From Eledone cirrhosa (Eukaryota): a DNA stretch of 64,000 bases. The notes under the pieces were generated by a model, which saw only the letters and a program-made list of their open reading frames with translations, did no database searches and was not told the DNA's origin. The number at the start of each line of letters is the position of its first letter. The first letter of the stretch is position 1. The stretch is from the NCBI GenBank assembly GCA_964016885.1, contig OZ024741.1, positions 183,396,001-183,460,000 of the forward strand. The letters run 5' to 3'. Positions 11,831 to 25,372 of this stretch are shown here, piece by piece. Made by a program: the position numbers and the translations under genes.

Positions 11831-12764
11831 GGGGTCACAGGGAGGGGTGTGTGAGAGACGGAATTATGTTGGTCTTGGGCTACCACCTCTGTTTTGTCAA
11901 CTAGCAGAGAACGAAGGAGAACCTTGGACAGAAACATGAACTTTCCTCTCTAAATATGTATGTAAAAACTAATAACTTTTCTTCTCCATTTTATTATTAT
12001 TTGTATAAATATGCTATCTAACTGCACTTTGCACTTCCGCTGTTGAAAAAGCATATAATGCTGAAACTGGTACCATGAATGTGGAAATACCCACTTTATA
12101 AATAAATGTTTTGATATTATACTGAAAAAATCCCTCCACCATTTTCTACTGTATTTTTTCCTTTTTACTTTTTGTTTATATATATATATATATATTGTTA
12201 TACTTGGGGAGGGTCATATTGTTGTAATAATATTACCAGAATTAATAACAGAACACACTCACTGTTTGGTTGGTTTTCGCTTCTGTATCTTTTATATCAG
12301 TTAATTTATTCGGTCCTCAATGTTTACCATTGACTGACCAATGGTCAAAAATGCAGATATAATATAGACACAAACACATATATATAGTCTAACAAAGTTA
12401 TATATATATATATATATACATTCATTTAAGTTTGGTGGTTCACCACTAGATAGGACTGGATAGGACTGGTCATTCTGTATAGTCAGCCATGATGTAATAT
12501 CAGGAAAAGCACTTGACGTTATGTAACTCATCCATCTTTTTTTGAGTAAAATGACAGGAGGCCGGACTGGTGAAATTCCTTCAAAGATTTATTATAGCAA
12601 ATACCATACACATTTCAGTGGCCAATTTCTCTAAGATCCTGGTGACATCAACAGTTGTTTATTGCATAATAGTTATATAATAAAGGAATAATGGTAAAAA
12701 AAACAGAGAAAAATGTTTTTGACTTGTAGGCGGTCAGGGCCAGTTGTTGTCAGTTTGGCTGACC

Positions 12765-12821
<57 letters not shown>

Positions 12822-15109
12822 CAAAATTGTTAGTGTTGGATAAAATCCCACTGTGATCAGCATTGCCTTGCATCCTTCTGGGGGGTCAATATAATATAGT
12901 TCAGTGTGTTGGATCAATGAGATTGCTAGACCATTGGTTAAAATACTTTGATGTTTTGGCTTTTTACATTGTGTATCAATTCAATTCGCTTTTCAAGGAA
13001 GTCTCCTGAGGTCATTCATTGACCAGATCATGTAGAAAGATAAGGAGATTGATAATCATATCTGTTGAGTTTTAAATTAAATTTTAGTTTTATCTCTTTA
13101 AGTTCAAATCATCTTGAAGTCAATTTAGTCTTTCATACTGCATTCAATAAACCTGTTATATTTTCTCCCCTGTCTATCTGTGGAAGTGTGCCTTGTTTAG
13201 AAATAAACATTATATGTATTCACATGCAAAACATACACACACACACACACATGCATGCTGTCACATACACATGCATACATGTGGTACATACACACACACA
13301 TATTCATCCCCCCCCCCCCCAGCCAATGACAGTGCCTTTAAGTGATTACTTGACCTCATAGAAATAGCATACACATTTTCCTCGAATTAAAATAAAAGTT
13401 AAAACATTGTACCATAATATAACGGTTATATTGTACCATGATATGGAAAGAAAGCAGAGATTTGTAGATAGAGTGTATTGATAATACAGAGTGATATATT
13501 TATTTCAGTGATATCAGAAGAGCATGGACATAAAAATGAATTGACGTTTGTCTTGCACTACTCTAATGACCAAACAATTAGCACTTTCAACAGCTTTGCT
13601 CTGTGTACGATAATATCTATGAATATGAACCTGAATAAAAATTCGAACCCCACCTTCTTTCATTAATAACAGAAGCAAAATAATTTTTGATATATCACAA
13701 AACAGAAAAATCTTAAACAATATTTACAAATAATTGTTTCTACTTTTGGCACAAGGCCAGCAATTACCCAGTACATTACTGGTACTTTATTTTATCGACC
13801 CCGTAAGGATGAAAGGCAAAGTTAACCTCAGCGGGATTTGAACTCAGATCATAAAGGGCCGTAACTCTTTGCTGCAAAGCATGGCGTCCGACCCTCTACC
13901 GATACTGCCAATTCACCGCCCAATATTTACAAATAATGTTATAAAGAAGAGCAAGCACAATAATATTCACATTACATCCAATCTAAAAATATACCACTAA
14001 AAAAAAAAGCCACATGATTAGACAGTTTAATCCACCATTTGTTTTAAATGACAAAACAATATACAGCAAAACATTTTTTTAGCATTTGATACAAATCATA
14101 CAATGGGTTCAACTTAGTTGATATGTGATCATTTGAAGCAATGTCCAGAAAAATAATTGTTTCTACTGTTTGGCACAAGGCCAGCAATTACCCAGTGCAT
14201 TACTGGTACTTTATTTTATTGACCCCCCGCAAGGATGAAAGGCAAAGTTAACCTTGGCGGAATTTGAACTCAGAATGGCAAGGGCCGTAACTCTATGCGT
14301 CGAAGCATGGCGTCCGACGCTCTACCGATACTGCCAATCCCCAGAAAAATAATTGTTTCTACTTTTGGCACAAGGCCAGCAATTACTCAGTGCATTACTG
14401 GTACTTTATTTTATTGACCCCCCCGTAAGGATGAAAGGCAAAGTTAACCTCGGCGGGATTTGAACTCAGAATGGCAAGGGCCGTAACTCTATGCGTCGAA
14501 GCATGGCGTCCGACGCTCTACCGATACTGCCAATCCCCAGAAAAATAATGTGCAGGAATCAAGTGTATAAACTAGATTTCCTTGAGATACACATACACTG
14601 ACATTAAGGTTGCATATAGAACAGAGAGAGAACAGCTTGAATGGAAAATAATTGTTATTAGACTTCATTGATAAACACTTCCCATTAAACCCTAGATGAT
14701 GAAAATTATCCAATAGGAAATGTTATCATTGTTGCTTAACCCCCACCATCTTGTTCTTTTTGAGCAAACCTATAATCAAAGACATTCTAACTGTGACCAA
14801 CCCATGCTTTTCCTAGGCACAGCACACCTTGGACCACATTAGCTAATGTGTTTTCTCTCAGACTGCAGAGTGTGATTTAAGGGAGAGTTGGCTGCTATTT
14901 CTAGCACATCAAGCAACCATGTAAAGGCTTGCTTCGTATTATGGTTGCTACTATAGTTGCTGTTGTTGTAATCAATGGCCCAGCCTCTCCTCCCCACCAT
15001 AGCCACAGCCGCACCAAATGCTACTACCTTTTCTCAGGATCTTCTCTAACAATGTTTTTAGTCCTTCCTTCCTTTCTTTGTTTTGTGGCTGTGCATCCAT
15101 ATGCATATA

Positions 15110-15191
15110 AGTATATGTGCATGTCTGTGTGTGTGTGTGTGTGTGTGTCTGTGTGAATGTCTGTGCGTGTGTGTGAGTATATGTGCATGCA

Positions 15192-15228
<37 letters not shown>

Positions 15229-15460
15229 ATATGTGCATGCATGTGTCTGTGTGTGTGTGAGTATATGTGCATGTGTGTGTGTGTGAGTATATGTGCATAC
15301 ATGTGCATGCATGTGTGTGTGTGTGAGTATATGTGCATGCATGTGTCTGTGTGTGTGTGTGTGTGAGTATATATGCATGCATGCATGTGTGTGTGTGTGT
15401 GAGTATATATGCATGCATGTGTATGTGTGTGTGAGTGTGTGAGTATATGTGCATGCATCT

Positions 15461-15491
<31 letters not shown>

Positions 15492-15782
15492 AGTATATGT
15501 GCATGCATCTGTGTATGTGTGTGTGTGTGAGTATATGTGCATGCATGTGTCTGAGTGTGTGAGTGTGTGAGTGAGTATATGAGCATGTGTCTGTGTGTGT
15601 GTGAGTGAGTATATGAGCATGTGTCTGTGTGTGTGAGTATATGAGCATGTATCTGTGTGTGTGTGTGAGTATATGTGCATGCATGTGTCTGAGTGTGAGT
15701 GTGTCTGTGTGAGTGTGTATGAGTATATGTGCCTGCAAGTGTGTTCATCACTGCATGACTGTGTATGATTGCATGTGTGTGT
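15110..15782. repeat. TG-rich compound minisatellite (gtgtgagtatatgtgcatgcat units)
   Basis: Directly visible. Confidence 0.9.
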
Positions 15783-16071
15783 TTTGCAGAACAAAAACAG
15801 CAATAAGAGAAATATTAAATAATATCAATGATGTTGATGATGATAAGATGAAAGCCCTAAAATATAAATATATAAAAAGGGAAATCCTATAACTGACAAA
15901 AATGATGACATCCATATCATCATCATCATCATCAATACCACTATTACCATTCTCCACTCACCACCACCACTGGCACCACCACCAACTCCAACACCAACAC
16001 CATAATCATTTTCTTGTTTATTTCATTATTTTCTTCTTAGCTCTCGCGGTCCATTTACAACTTTCCTACAC

Positions 16072-16105
<34 letters not shown>

Positions 16106-16358
16106 GTCAGCACTGTCACCACCACCACCACCTACACACCGTATGTATCACAGCCAGCCATCCAAACTTTTCTTCCAATATCCTCTTCTCCATCCCACTT
16201 CATCCCGACACACCACCACCACCACCACCACCACCACCACCACCACCACCAACACCAACACCACCCCCTCCTCTGCAAACACACACAAAACAGGAATCGA
16301 TTGAATTTAGTCTTCAAAAGGAGCCAGTAATTAAGGCCTGATTGCTTCAGTTGACAAC

Positions 16359-16398
<40 letters not shown>

Positions 16399-16554
16399 AA
16401 TGATGAGCTTACACAATCCTTCCTCTCCACCACCATCTATCACCTTTTATTTATTTATCTTTTTATTTTTTACTGTTGTTAATGTAAGATAAATTGCCAG
16501 CCGGGGGCCATCTCAGTGAACACCCACACTTACTATGTATTGATTTACTGGCAT

Positions 16555-17235
16555 CACAGCAACAACACCAACAATGCATACGGCAACAACACCGACACCA
16601 ACAATGCATACTACAACAACAGCATCAACAACAACACCAACAAAAAATACAACAACAATGCATACTGCTACTACTACAACAACAACAACACCAACAATGT
16701 ATACTGCTACAACAACAACAACAACAACAACAAATACAACAACAATGCATACTGCTACAACAACAACAACACCAACAACAAATACAACAACAATGCATAC
16801 TACTACTACAACAACAACAACAACAACAAATACAACAAATGCTACATCAACAATAACAACTGCAATATCAGCAATGACAACAACAAGAACAAGGATAGAA
16901 ACGGCTGTGACAGCAGCAAGAACAACAGCAATAACAACAACAACAATAACAACAACAACAAGGTTAGGATAAGCAATGACAGCAACAACAACAACATTAA
17001 CAACATCAATGAAATCAACAACAACTACAAAGACAAGAACAACGAAAAACAACAACAAAACCATCACTGACAACAACAACAAGAACAAGAACAACAAAAC
17101 CATCACAGACAACAACAACAAAACCATCACTGACAACAACAACAACAACAACAACAAAAACATCACTGACAACAACAACAAAAACATCACTGACAACAAT
17201 GACCATGACAATGACAACAACAACAACACTAGCAA
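16555..17235. repeat. (AAC)n-based low-complexity repeat
   Basis: Directly visible. Confidence 0.9.
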
Positions 17236-17393
17236 CACAGAGAGACAGCAAACCAAGTTATATGGCTGCAAAGACATTGCTTTGTTGTATGCAATGTTAT
17301 ATACAGCAAGATTCTGACAGCGATGGCTGGCAGCTAAAAACTAAGCTCCAACTTACAATTGGGCTTGGCAAGAACTAAATAAAAAAAAAGATC

Positions 17394-17428
<35 letters not shown>

Positions 17429-17687
17429 TTACTACTACTACCACCACCATTACTACTACTACTACCGCCACCATGACAACAACGACGACCACCACCACCA
17501 CTACTACTACTACTATTACTACTACCATATATATTGATACACACACACATACACATACATACATATATATATATATATATATGTGTGTTAAGCATTTACG
17601 TAGAAAAGGTAAAGGAAAGAAGAGTGCTCTATGTGTTATATAGAGCTACTTAATTAAATATATATATATGTATAGCTATGTAATTAA

Positions 17688-17724
<37 letters not shown>

Positions 17725-18369
17725 GATCACGAAAACCATGGGTGGAGGTCGTGAGAGCTGACATCAGATTGCTGAAACTCACAGAGGAGATGATGAGGGA
17801 CCGTGACGAATGGAACTCACAGAGGAGATGATGAGGGACCGTGACGAATGGAGAGATGCTGTGCTGAAGAGGACCTGTCCCACCCTTGCAAGCAGGGAGA
17901 AGCGGATGTAAAATGATGATGATGATGATGATGATATACACATGTGTCTGTGTGTGTGTATGTTTCATAAACACCCTGTATACAACATGTATATCTATAT
18001 GTGTATAACGCTATGTTGGAGCACCAGTACTAATTATTTTAATTTAAGCCAAGCTGGCTACCGCTGCATATGCAAATGAACTTCATTAGCTCATATACAT
18101 AGGCAAGAAATCTATAAGATTCCAGCTTATATTCGTCTCAGTGGAAACTAGGTGGATGTGTAGCCTTGATAACTGCCAACAAACTAGAAACAATGTTGTT
18201 AGTTGCTTCCCCTTGTTTTTGCTGAGACTAAGGATGTGTGACAGTGGTTACAACATTAAAAAATTCATAGCAGAAGGCTGTCAAATGTTTTTTAATAAAC
18301 ATCCTGTATACAACACGTGCATATGTGTGTATAATGCTATGTTGGAGCACCAATTCTAATTCCTATACA

Positions 18370-18564
18370 TACAGGGAAATTCGGTTATAACAAAATTCAC
18401 GGGGTATAAAAAAACATTCGTTGTAATGCAACATTTTTTATAATGAGATCGACAGAAACAAATCAAGCGTTTGTATGTTATTACCTCGGTAGAGTGGAAA
18501 AAATATTTTGTTATACTGAAAAATTTGTTATAATGGTATTCGTTATAATGGAATTTTACTTGTA
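18370..18564. mobile_element. Degenerate pogo/Tigger-like MITE
   Basis: Imperfect TIRs cagggaaattcggttataac / gttataatggaattttacttg, flanked by TA. Confidence 0.5.
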
Positions 18565-19869
18565 TATATATATATATAATAACTCTAAAAGTATAAAGTC
18601 TGTCTCAAGCCCAGAGGCTCATTAGGTCAGTGTTTATCCTGGTTTCCTTAGCATTAAGCAACTGAAGGTACAATACTTTCCCCTGCACAGGTCACCAGTC
18701 CATTGCAGGGTTAAACCCTGAGCTACTACAGGTACTCATTTTCAGTTGAGTATACTGGAGCAATGTGAAATAAAATGTTTTGTTCAAGAACACAACACAC
18801 ATTAATTATTATAGTTGGTTAAAAATTTAGTACCCAAAATAAATACAAAGAAGAGCAAATCACCAAGAGAAAGGTGAGCAATTTTCACCTAAGTAGGGTT
18901 AAGGTACTTCATGATCCTAACCATCCCGCATTTTGAATTGTGACTAGATTGCTGGCATGATCTTCAACAACCATACACTATCTAGGGTTACATGGTACTC
19001 ATCCTTTTCTCTTCCTCTATTAGCACAGAATTTGATTTTTTCTTTTTAGGGTCAAAATGAAATCTATTATGCCTGTGTTCTCTTTTCAGATTATTATGAA
19101 CTTCAGGCACTCTGTGGGAGTGGGCTCCTCTTTGTAAAGAATTTCCATTTTGTAGTTTCCCATACTTTTCCAGTCACCTTCTCCTTCCCACTGCTCATCA
19201 TCTCTGATTAGTCCTGTTCTGGAGGAAGAAACCCTTCTCATTGAATTCATAATCATAGTAGATCCCCTGGTGTTAGTGGTATTGAGGATGAAGCAATATG
19301 CTTTGCTTTACCTCTGGCAAACAGCAACCATAGTCTTCATCTCTGGAGTCTGTTATTCTTATTGCTCTTTCAGTTGATCTTCCACTGTCTTTTACTTTTT
19401 TGTTTTCTGGACAGAAGGCCTTCAAATAGCATTTACTATTGCAAGTATAGTAACTTGTCCTTTTGCTTTACATGACTAGTCAGATTTATCTCCTCTTCAC
19501 TTCCTAGTGTGGTATAGCTCCAAGACAGCATTGCAATAATTGAAGGTCCTCAGAACATGGACATATATGTTGACCCTCCCTAACTACATGTTACTGTTCA
19601 AAACTCTGGTCACCTATAGTGCAAAGAGGATGACAAGCCAAGAATCAATGACACTAACAATATAATCATATTCCTAAGCTCCATATACAGTGGAACCAGT
19701 CTGTGGGTAAGCTTGTTGTACAGCAGCTCTCAGTCTTAAAGATCATGCATACATTTCTGTATATCTTCAGGGTTCAAATGAGCACACATCCTGTTCCACA
19801 ATAGCTGGAGCTTTGTACAACTTCTGATTTTTTAGGGTATAAGAGAAAACTCTTCTATATTTTGAAACC

Positions 19870-20187
19870 CCTCCCCATCCCCGACATAAGTCATATTTCT
19901 CCACATTGTCATCTTCCATATGCATCACATGTTCATACAAATGCAGTCTATTTGCTTTCATATTACATCCAATTCCTCTTATGCTAAGTTTTTCTCTCAG
20001 CTCCCTTATGCTACATTGTTCATGCACACTAAAGTTACACAACCACTAGAGCATGCTTGCTTTATTTCTTTCTGGTCTTTGCAAAGCTTCTGTGGTCAAG
20101 GCCCATGTCACACTCCATTGTAGTTTGAATGCAGACATCATGCAGTCTACCCTTCACTCAGAAAGAGAAACCATTTGTTGTCAGCAG

Positions 20188-20190
<3 letters not shown>
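19870..20190 (-). mobile_element. Degraded RTE fragment
   Basis: SVHEQCSIRELREKLSIRGI..RLHLYEHVMHM matches the RTE C-terminal region. Confidence 0.7.
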
Positions 20191-20246
<56 letters not shown>

Positions 20247-20524
20247 CGAAACAAGTCAATTGCATGAACTCAGAATCCTTTATTTACTGCTATATATATT
20301 TCGATGATAGCCATTGAATGGCTATGACCTCATCATATATATAGTTGTTATATAGTAAGGTGTATTATTGGTTGTGTCCAATAAACTTTTGTTAGCAATA
20401 TTAAGTTCTCCACGCTTTTGTATATCTCCAATTCCATTTATGGGAACAGCTAGATGATGTAAAATGGAGTATTTGTATCAAAATAAAGATCCGAAGGCAT
20501 GGTATAAATTTCCAATCATTTTAA

Positions 20525-20598
20525 TCACAATACATGTTTCAATAAGGGATAGATCGATCGTGTGGTCATGATCGATTATCACTGATCTCATCAGGTGA
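20525..20598 (-). ncRNA. Hammerhead motif in the inverted 5' pLTR
   Basis: Minus strand TCAC-CTGATGA...GAAAC atgt ATT GTGA. Stem I is intact but the cleavage triplet is mutated. Confidence 0.6.
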
Positions 20599-23500
20599 AT
20601 AATGAAATTGTCTTCAAATCTTTGATATGAGGGAGGAAAAACTAACGATGTTCACTCACTAGAGTTTTGTTTCCCATATGAAGAATCAGTAGCCAAAACA
20701 CGCCAACTGCTATCGTCTTCAGTCAGGGTCATAAATATATCAAGTCTCTATCACTCAATAGCTGTAAAAGACGCTGGACAGGTCTAATCTCAGCATCAAA
20801 TCTGTAGAATTTCGGTCGGTCACAATTAGTGTTAGTGAGTACACACACACTCACACACACCGACGCGAGGTCAGAGAAAAAACATATATACACCAACACA
20901 GCATGCACCAACATAGTATCCAACCTTAAGTTCAGGAAAAACCCACTCGGGGAAAAAGCTACCTAAAACGACTGAACAGTGATCTAGGAAAACTAAAGAA
21001 CTCGACCAGCATTCTGGTGCACGCGGATAAAACGAACAACCTATACGATATGGATAGAGTAACCTATGACAACCTGATAATCAGAGAACTTAGAAAAAAC
21101 TACAAGAAAACTACACAGGCAAACCTGGATCTAATCAACACGGAGGCCAATAGCGTCATGACTAAACTGGGTATTGAAAATAAAACAGAGCCCTTCCATC
21201 CCAGAATTCCGAGGATTTTATTGAAAGACCACAAATTAGACTTTGAATCATCAAGACTTGTCAGGCTAATAGCCCCTTTGAAATCGGACATAGGAATCAT
21301 GAGTAAAAACATCCTTGATAAAATAATCCCCACTTTAGTTAGGAAATCGAAGCTTAAATTATGGTCAGGAACTAGTGAGGTAATTAACTGGTTTGAGAAA
21401 TCGCAGAATAAGAATAGCACTAAGTTTATACAGTTTGATATCTCTAACTACTACTCTTCGATCTCTCCAACTCTTCTAAGTAAGGCCCTAAACTTTGCTA
21501 GCTTACACACCGACACCTTACATTGGAAGAAATTAACATTATTCTCCTAGCTAGGAAAACCTTAATTGAGTTCAACGGAGACTTGTGGACTAGGAGAGAC
21601 CGGCTGGACAATTTTTACATAACCATAGGATCCACGGACTCGGCCCAGGTGACAGATCTGGTGGGCCTCTACATCCTCAACTGTCTTGGAGTGGAAATGC
21701 CCCACTTGGGAGGTGGGGCTTACCGTGACGACGTTCTGTTTACTGTGTCGTATCATAATAATAGTATGGTAGAGAGGGTGAGGAACAACTAAGAAAATTC
21801 TTCAAAAACATAGACTTAAGTATAGTGTTTGAAGAAAACCTGAAGATAGTTAATTTTCTAGATGTTACACTTAACCTCAATTCAAGACTCTTCCAACCCA
21901 ACCACAAACCCAATGAGAATTTAAATTATGTCAACGCAAAATCGAACCACCTTAGAATAGTCACTAATGGTATTACAAAAAGCGTCTCTAGTAGAATTTC
22001 AGGACTATCTTCCAATGAAGATACATTTGATAGGATCTCATATTACTATAATAGCACCCTGGAACGTGCGGGGCATAGCGAGGGAATCTCATTCAAACGT
22101 CCATTAGGTAGTAGTAGCAACATTGTCTGCGATAGCTTAAGCCAAAACAGTGACACTTTAGTTAACAGCAGGCGGGAGGCGAAGGAGGATCAATATAGAC
22201 TTCATGTTGTATTGCCTCCTAGTCCCAATGACGACGGTACGAATGAGAATAACCACCCAGGTACAAACATGGTGTCCGAGCACCGTACAGCCAGCGGCAA
22301 CTTTAATTATAACCTTAACTGTAGAGCTGATAAAACAACTGCTGAACGTAAAATAAAATGGAGGTCGGGTAGGGGGAATAGGGATAAATGTAGTAGGTGC
22401 ATAGTGGATATAACCCCGGCTATCAAGGGTAATTCCAATAACTGCACGGAGGGTACACCACCCCGGAGACTTGGGATGATTCCAAACACCACCTGGATAC
22501 TCCGGGACATCATCGACCTACAGGAAGTTATCAGTTCTAATAGACCAGTAGCAACCAAGGAGGCAGGTAACACTAGTATAGATAATAAGAACAAGAGGCA
22601 TCGGACCTGAAAAATCCTGTGGTACAACCCCCCATACTCCACCAGCCTGACCACTAGTATAGCTAAGCTTTTCTTTAGGGCCTTAGACAATTGCTTCCAT
22701 AGATCACACAAATACTATAAAATATTCAATAGGAATACCATCAAGCTGTCCTACTCTACAACCAGTAACATAGCTCAGAATATAGCTAAGATGAATTATA
22801 GTAGACTTAGGACAGCCCAGGGCGGGCTGAGGCATGGCAGAACTAATGGCAATTCTATGCATGAATAGACTCATATGCGTGAGGTGAGTCGAGCCACCCC
22901 AACCCCTGGGAACTTACCCATAGAGCAGACAAGAACAGAGACCCGACACCAGGGGTACCGTGGTTCCTCAGGAACTACCCCGGTCGGTAGCAGAAAATGC
23001 AATTGCAGGAACACCGCTACTTGCCCCTTGGCTAGGAAATGCCTCACCAAGAACATAGTTTATGACTGTAAGGTCTCCACTTTAGATAGAACGTTCAGGT
23101 ATATTGGGGCGACTGCCACTAAATTTAAGGATAGATGGTATAATTACCATCATACCTTTAATAAAGTAGATAAAAAAATAGCACGGCGCTTTCTGAATTG
23201 GTCTGGAAGCTTAAACAACAGAATATAGAGCACTCCTTATCCTGGTCCATAGTTTGTTCAGCCCAGCCATATAACGGCAGCACGGGCGTTTGTAATTTAT
23301 GTATAGCTGAAACCTTTAATATAATTAGAGGCGGCCCCCTACTAATCAATAGAAGAGCGAACTTTTTCAACACCTGCCAGCATAGAACCTTGAAAACCTT
23401 CCTCAGGATTTTTGGAAAGTAACCTACCACTCACTCCCCCCTTTTTATCTTAGCCATAGAGTTCTCTCAATTAGCAAAACATAGACAATCACACACTCAG

Positions 23501-24670
23501 GTAGTAGACAGCTAAGATCCTTTGCGCACCTACACACTGTACTCGGTATGTTTCCACAGAGTTCTCACAGCTGAGTAGACATTTACCATTACTTTAGAAT
23601 ACCTAGTTAGTAAATAGTTAGAACAATTACACATGCAGTTAAGACCGATTACGCGCATTCACCATTACTTTAGAATACCCTAACCATAGAGTTCTCTCAG
23701 TTAGTAAATAGACATGTTACACACTCAGTTAAGAACGATTACACTCTTTATACATAATTCTACACAGTACCCGGTTTCTTTAGACACGGAGTTCCCACAG
23801 TTATGACCAGTCACGATCTTGTCGATTGAATACTACAATAGGTTTTTGGTCTGTGATCCTCTAACCATGGGGTGCTCACAGTTGCTGAATGGACAATACT
23901 ACTTACATGCCATCAATGGGCTTACACACATCCCTGGGGTTTTGTTATTTTATTTTGTGTTGGGTAACACACCTCCACCACTCAAACACTTATCTTAAAA
24001 GCCCGAGGGCCCATATGACGGGAAAACGCACACACTGACACCTTAACTCAAATACCCAACCCTACATGGAGTCCCTTGTTGGCCTACATGGCCGGTGCTT
24101 GCACGCACAGACTCGGGGACTCAGATTCTCAATGGGACAATGGCACATATAGAGTTAGATACGAGCAGACTATTTGCTCTTCACATGGATGTGTATATAC
24201 CAAAACATACACTATTTAGACGATACGGATGTTACAATTCAATCGATACACGTATAGCAGAACGTTGAACGGAATTTACTTGCGAGTGTATAGGGTTGTG
24301 GTCGACCCAATTTTTTTCTAATTTACATCGTGAAAATTGAGATTTGACCAATATAACATTTGTTGTTTTGTAACCTAACTTTCGGTGCATACTGTGTTGG
24401 TGTATATATTTTTTCTCTGACCTCGCGTCGGTGTGTGTGTACTCACTAACACTAATTGTGACCGACCGAAATTCTACAGATTTGATGCTGAGATTAGACC
24501 TGTCCAGCGTCTTTTACAGCTATTGAGAGATAGAGACTTGATATATTTATGACCCTGACTGAAGACGATAGCAGTTGGCGTGTTTTGGCTGCTGATTCTT
24601 CATATGGGGAACAAAACTCTAGTGAGTGAACATCGTTAGTTTTTCCTCCCTCATATCAAAGATTTGAAGA

Positions 24671-24744
24671 CATCTGATGAGATCAGTGATAATCGATCAT
24701 GACCACACAATCGATCTATCCCTTATTGAAACATGTGTCGTGAT
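24671..24744 (+). ncRNA. Hammerhead motif in 3' pLTR of the Penelope-like element
   Basis: CTGATGA, a long stem II (atcgat/atcgat), then GAAAC atgt GTC^GTGA. The stem I 5' strand is shortened by a deletion. Confidence 0.65.
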
Positions 24745-25372
24745 TAAAATGATTGGAAATTTATACCATGCCTTCGGATCTTTATTTTGATATATATATA
24801 TATGTTAGTTAGATGTGTAACAATAGTTACAGGTGGTGCACTGTTCGAAACGCTCAATGCTATTACGAGTTCCATTTCGTTTGGGTTGTATTCCAGTGTT
24901 ATGGCTGTAATATGGAGAGTGTAAATAGATTTAAAGAGTCAAAGTCAGTGTTGCAGCAAAAGTACAAACTTTATTTGCATAATACAATTGTTTAGATATC
25001 GATCAGCTGAGGGTACTCTGAGCTGAACGATATCGAAACAATTATAATCTATCTATCTCTCTATATATATAGAGAGAAGGGCATATAGCCTTAATAACTG
25101 CTAAACAGCGAGCAATGTGTCGGTTATTCCCATTTGTTTTTGTTGAAGCTAGGTATGTGACTATAGTCACTGCCGTAAATTCATAGTGAAAGGCCTTCAA
25201 AATGTTTTAAAATAAACATACAATATATTATCAAATATACAATATGTACCTTCATATATATATATATATCTTTTATGTACATATTACCTGAACGAACACT
25301 CAATATATGAGCAGAGAATATGTTATATTTTCCAAAGGAAAAAACTGGCACACACAGACACACACACACGCA

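Larger units (their letters stand above)
20243..24792 (+). mobile_element. Penelope-like element (RT + GIY-YIG), 5'-truncated, with inverted pLTR
   Basis: ADKTNNLY, FIQFDISNYYSSI, GSTDSAQVTDLVGLYIL, YRDD, NFLDVTLNL, WYNPPYS and CNCR..CPL..C..NIVY..RYIGAT..FKDRW, with frameshifts and stops. About 20477-20905 is the reverse complement of about 24390-24792. (TA)n tracts flank both ends. Confidence 0.92.

Noticed and set aside
14972-17595. Long ORFs rich in H/T, N/Q, V/L
   Set aside because: They are translations of micro- and minisatellites. The same applies to ORFs at 5868-6282, 41834-42197, 43356-44200, 58500-59191 and 63221-63863.
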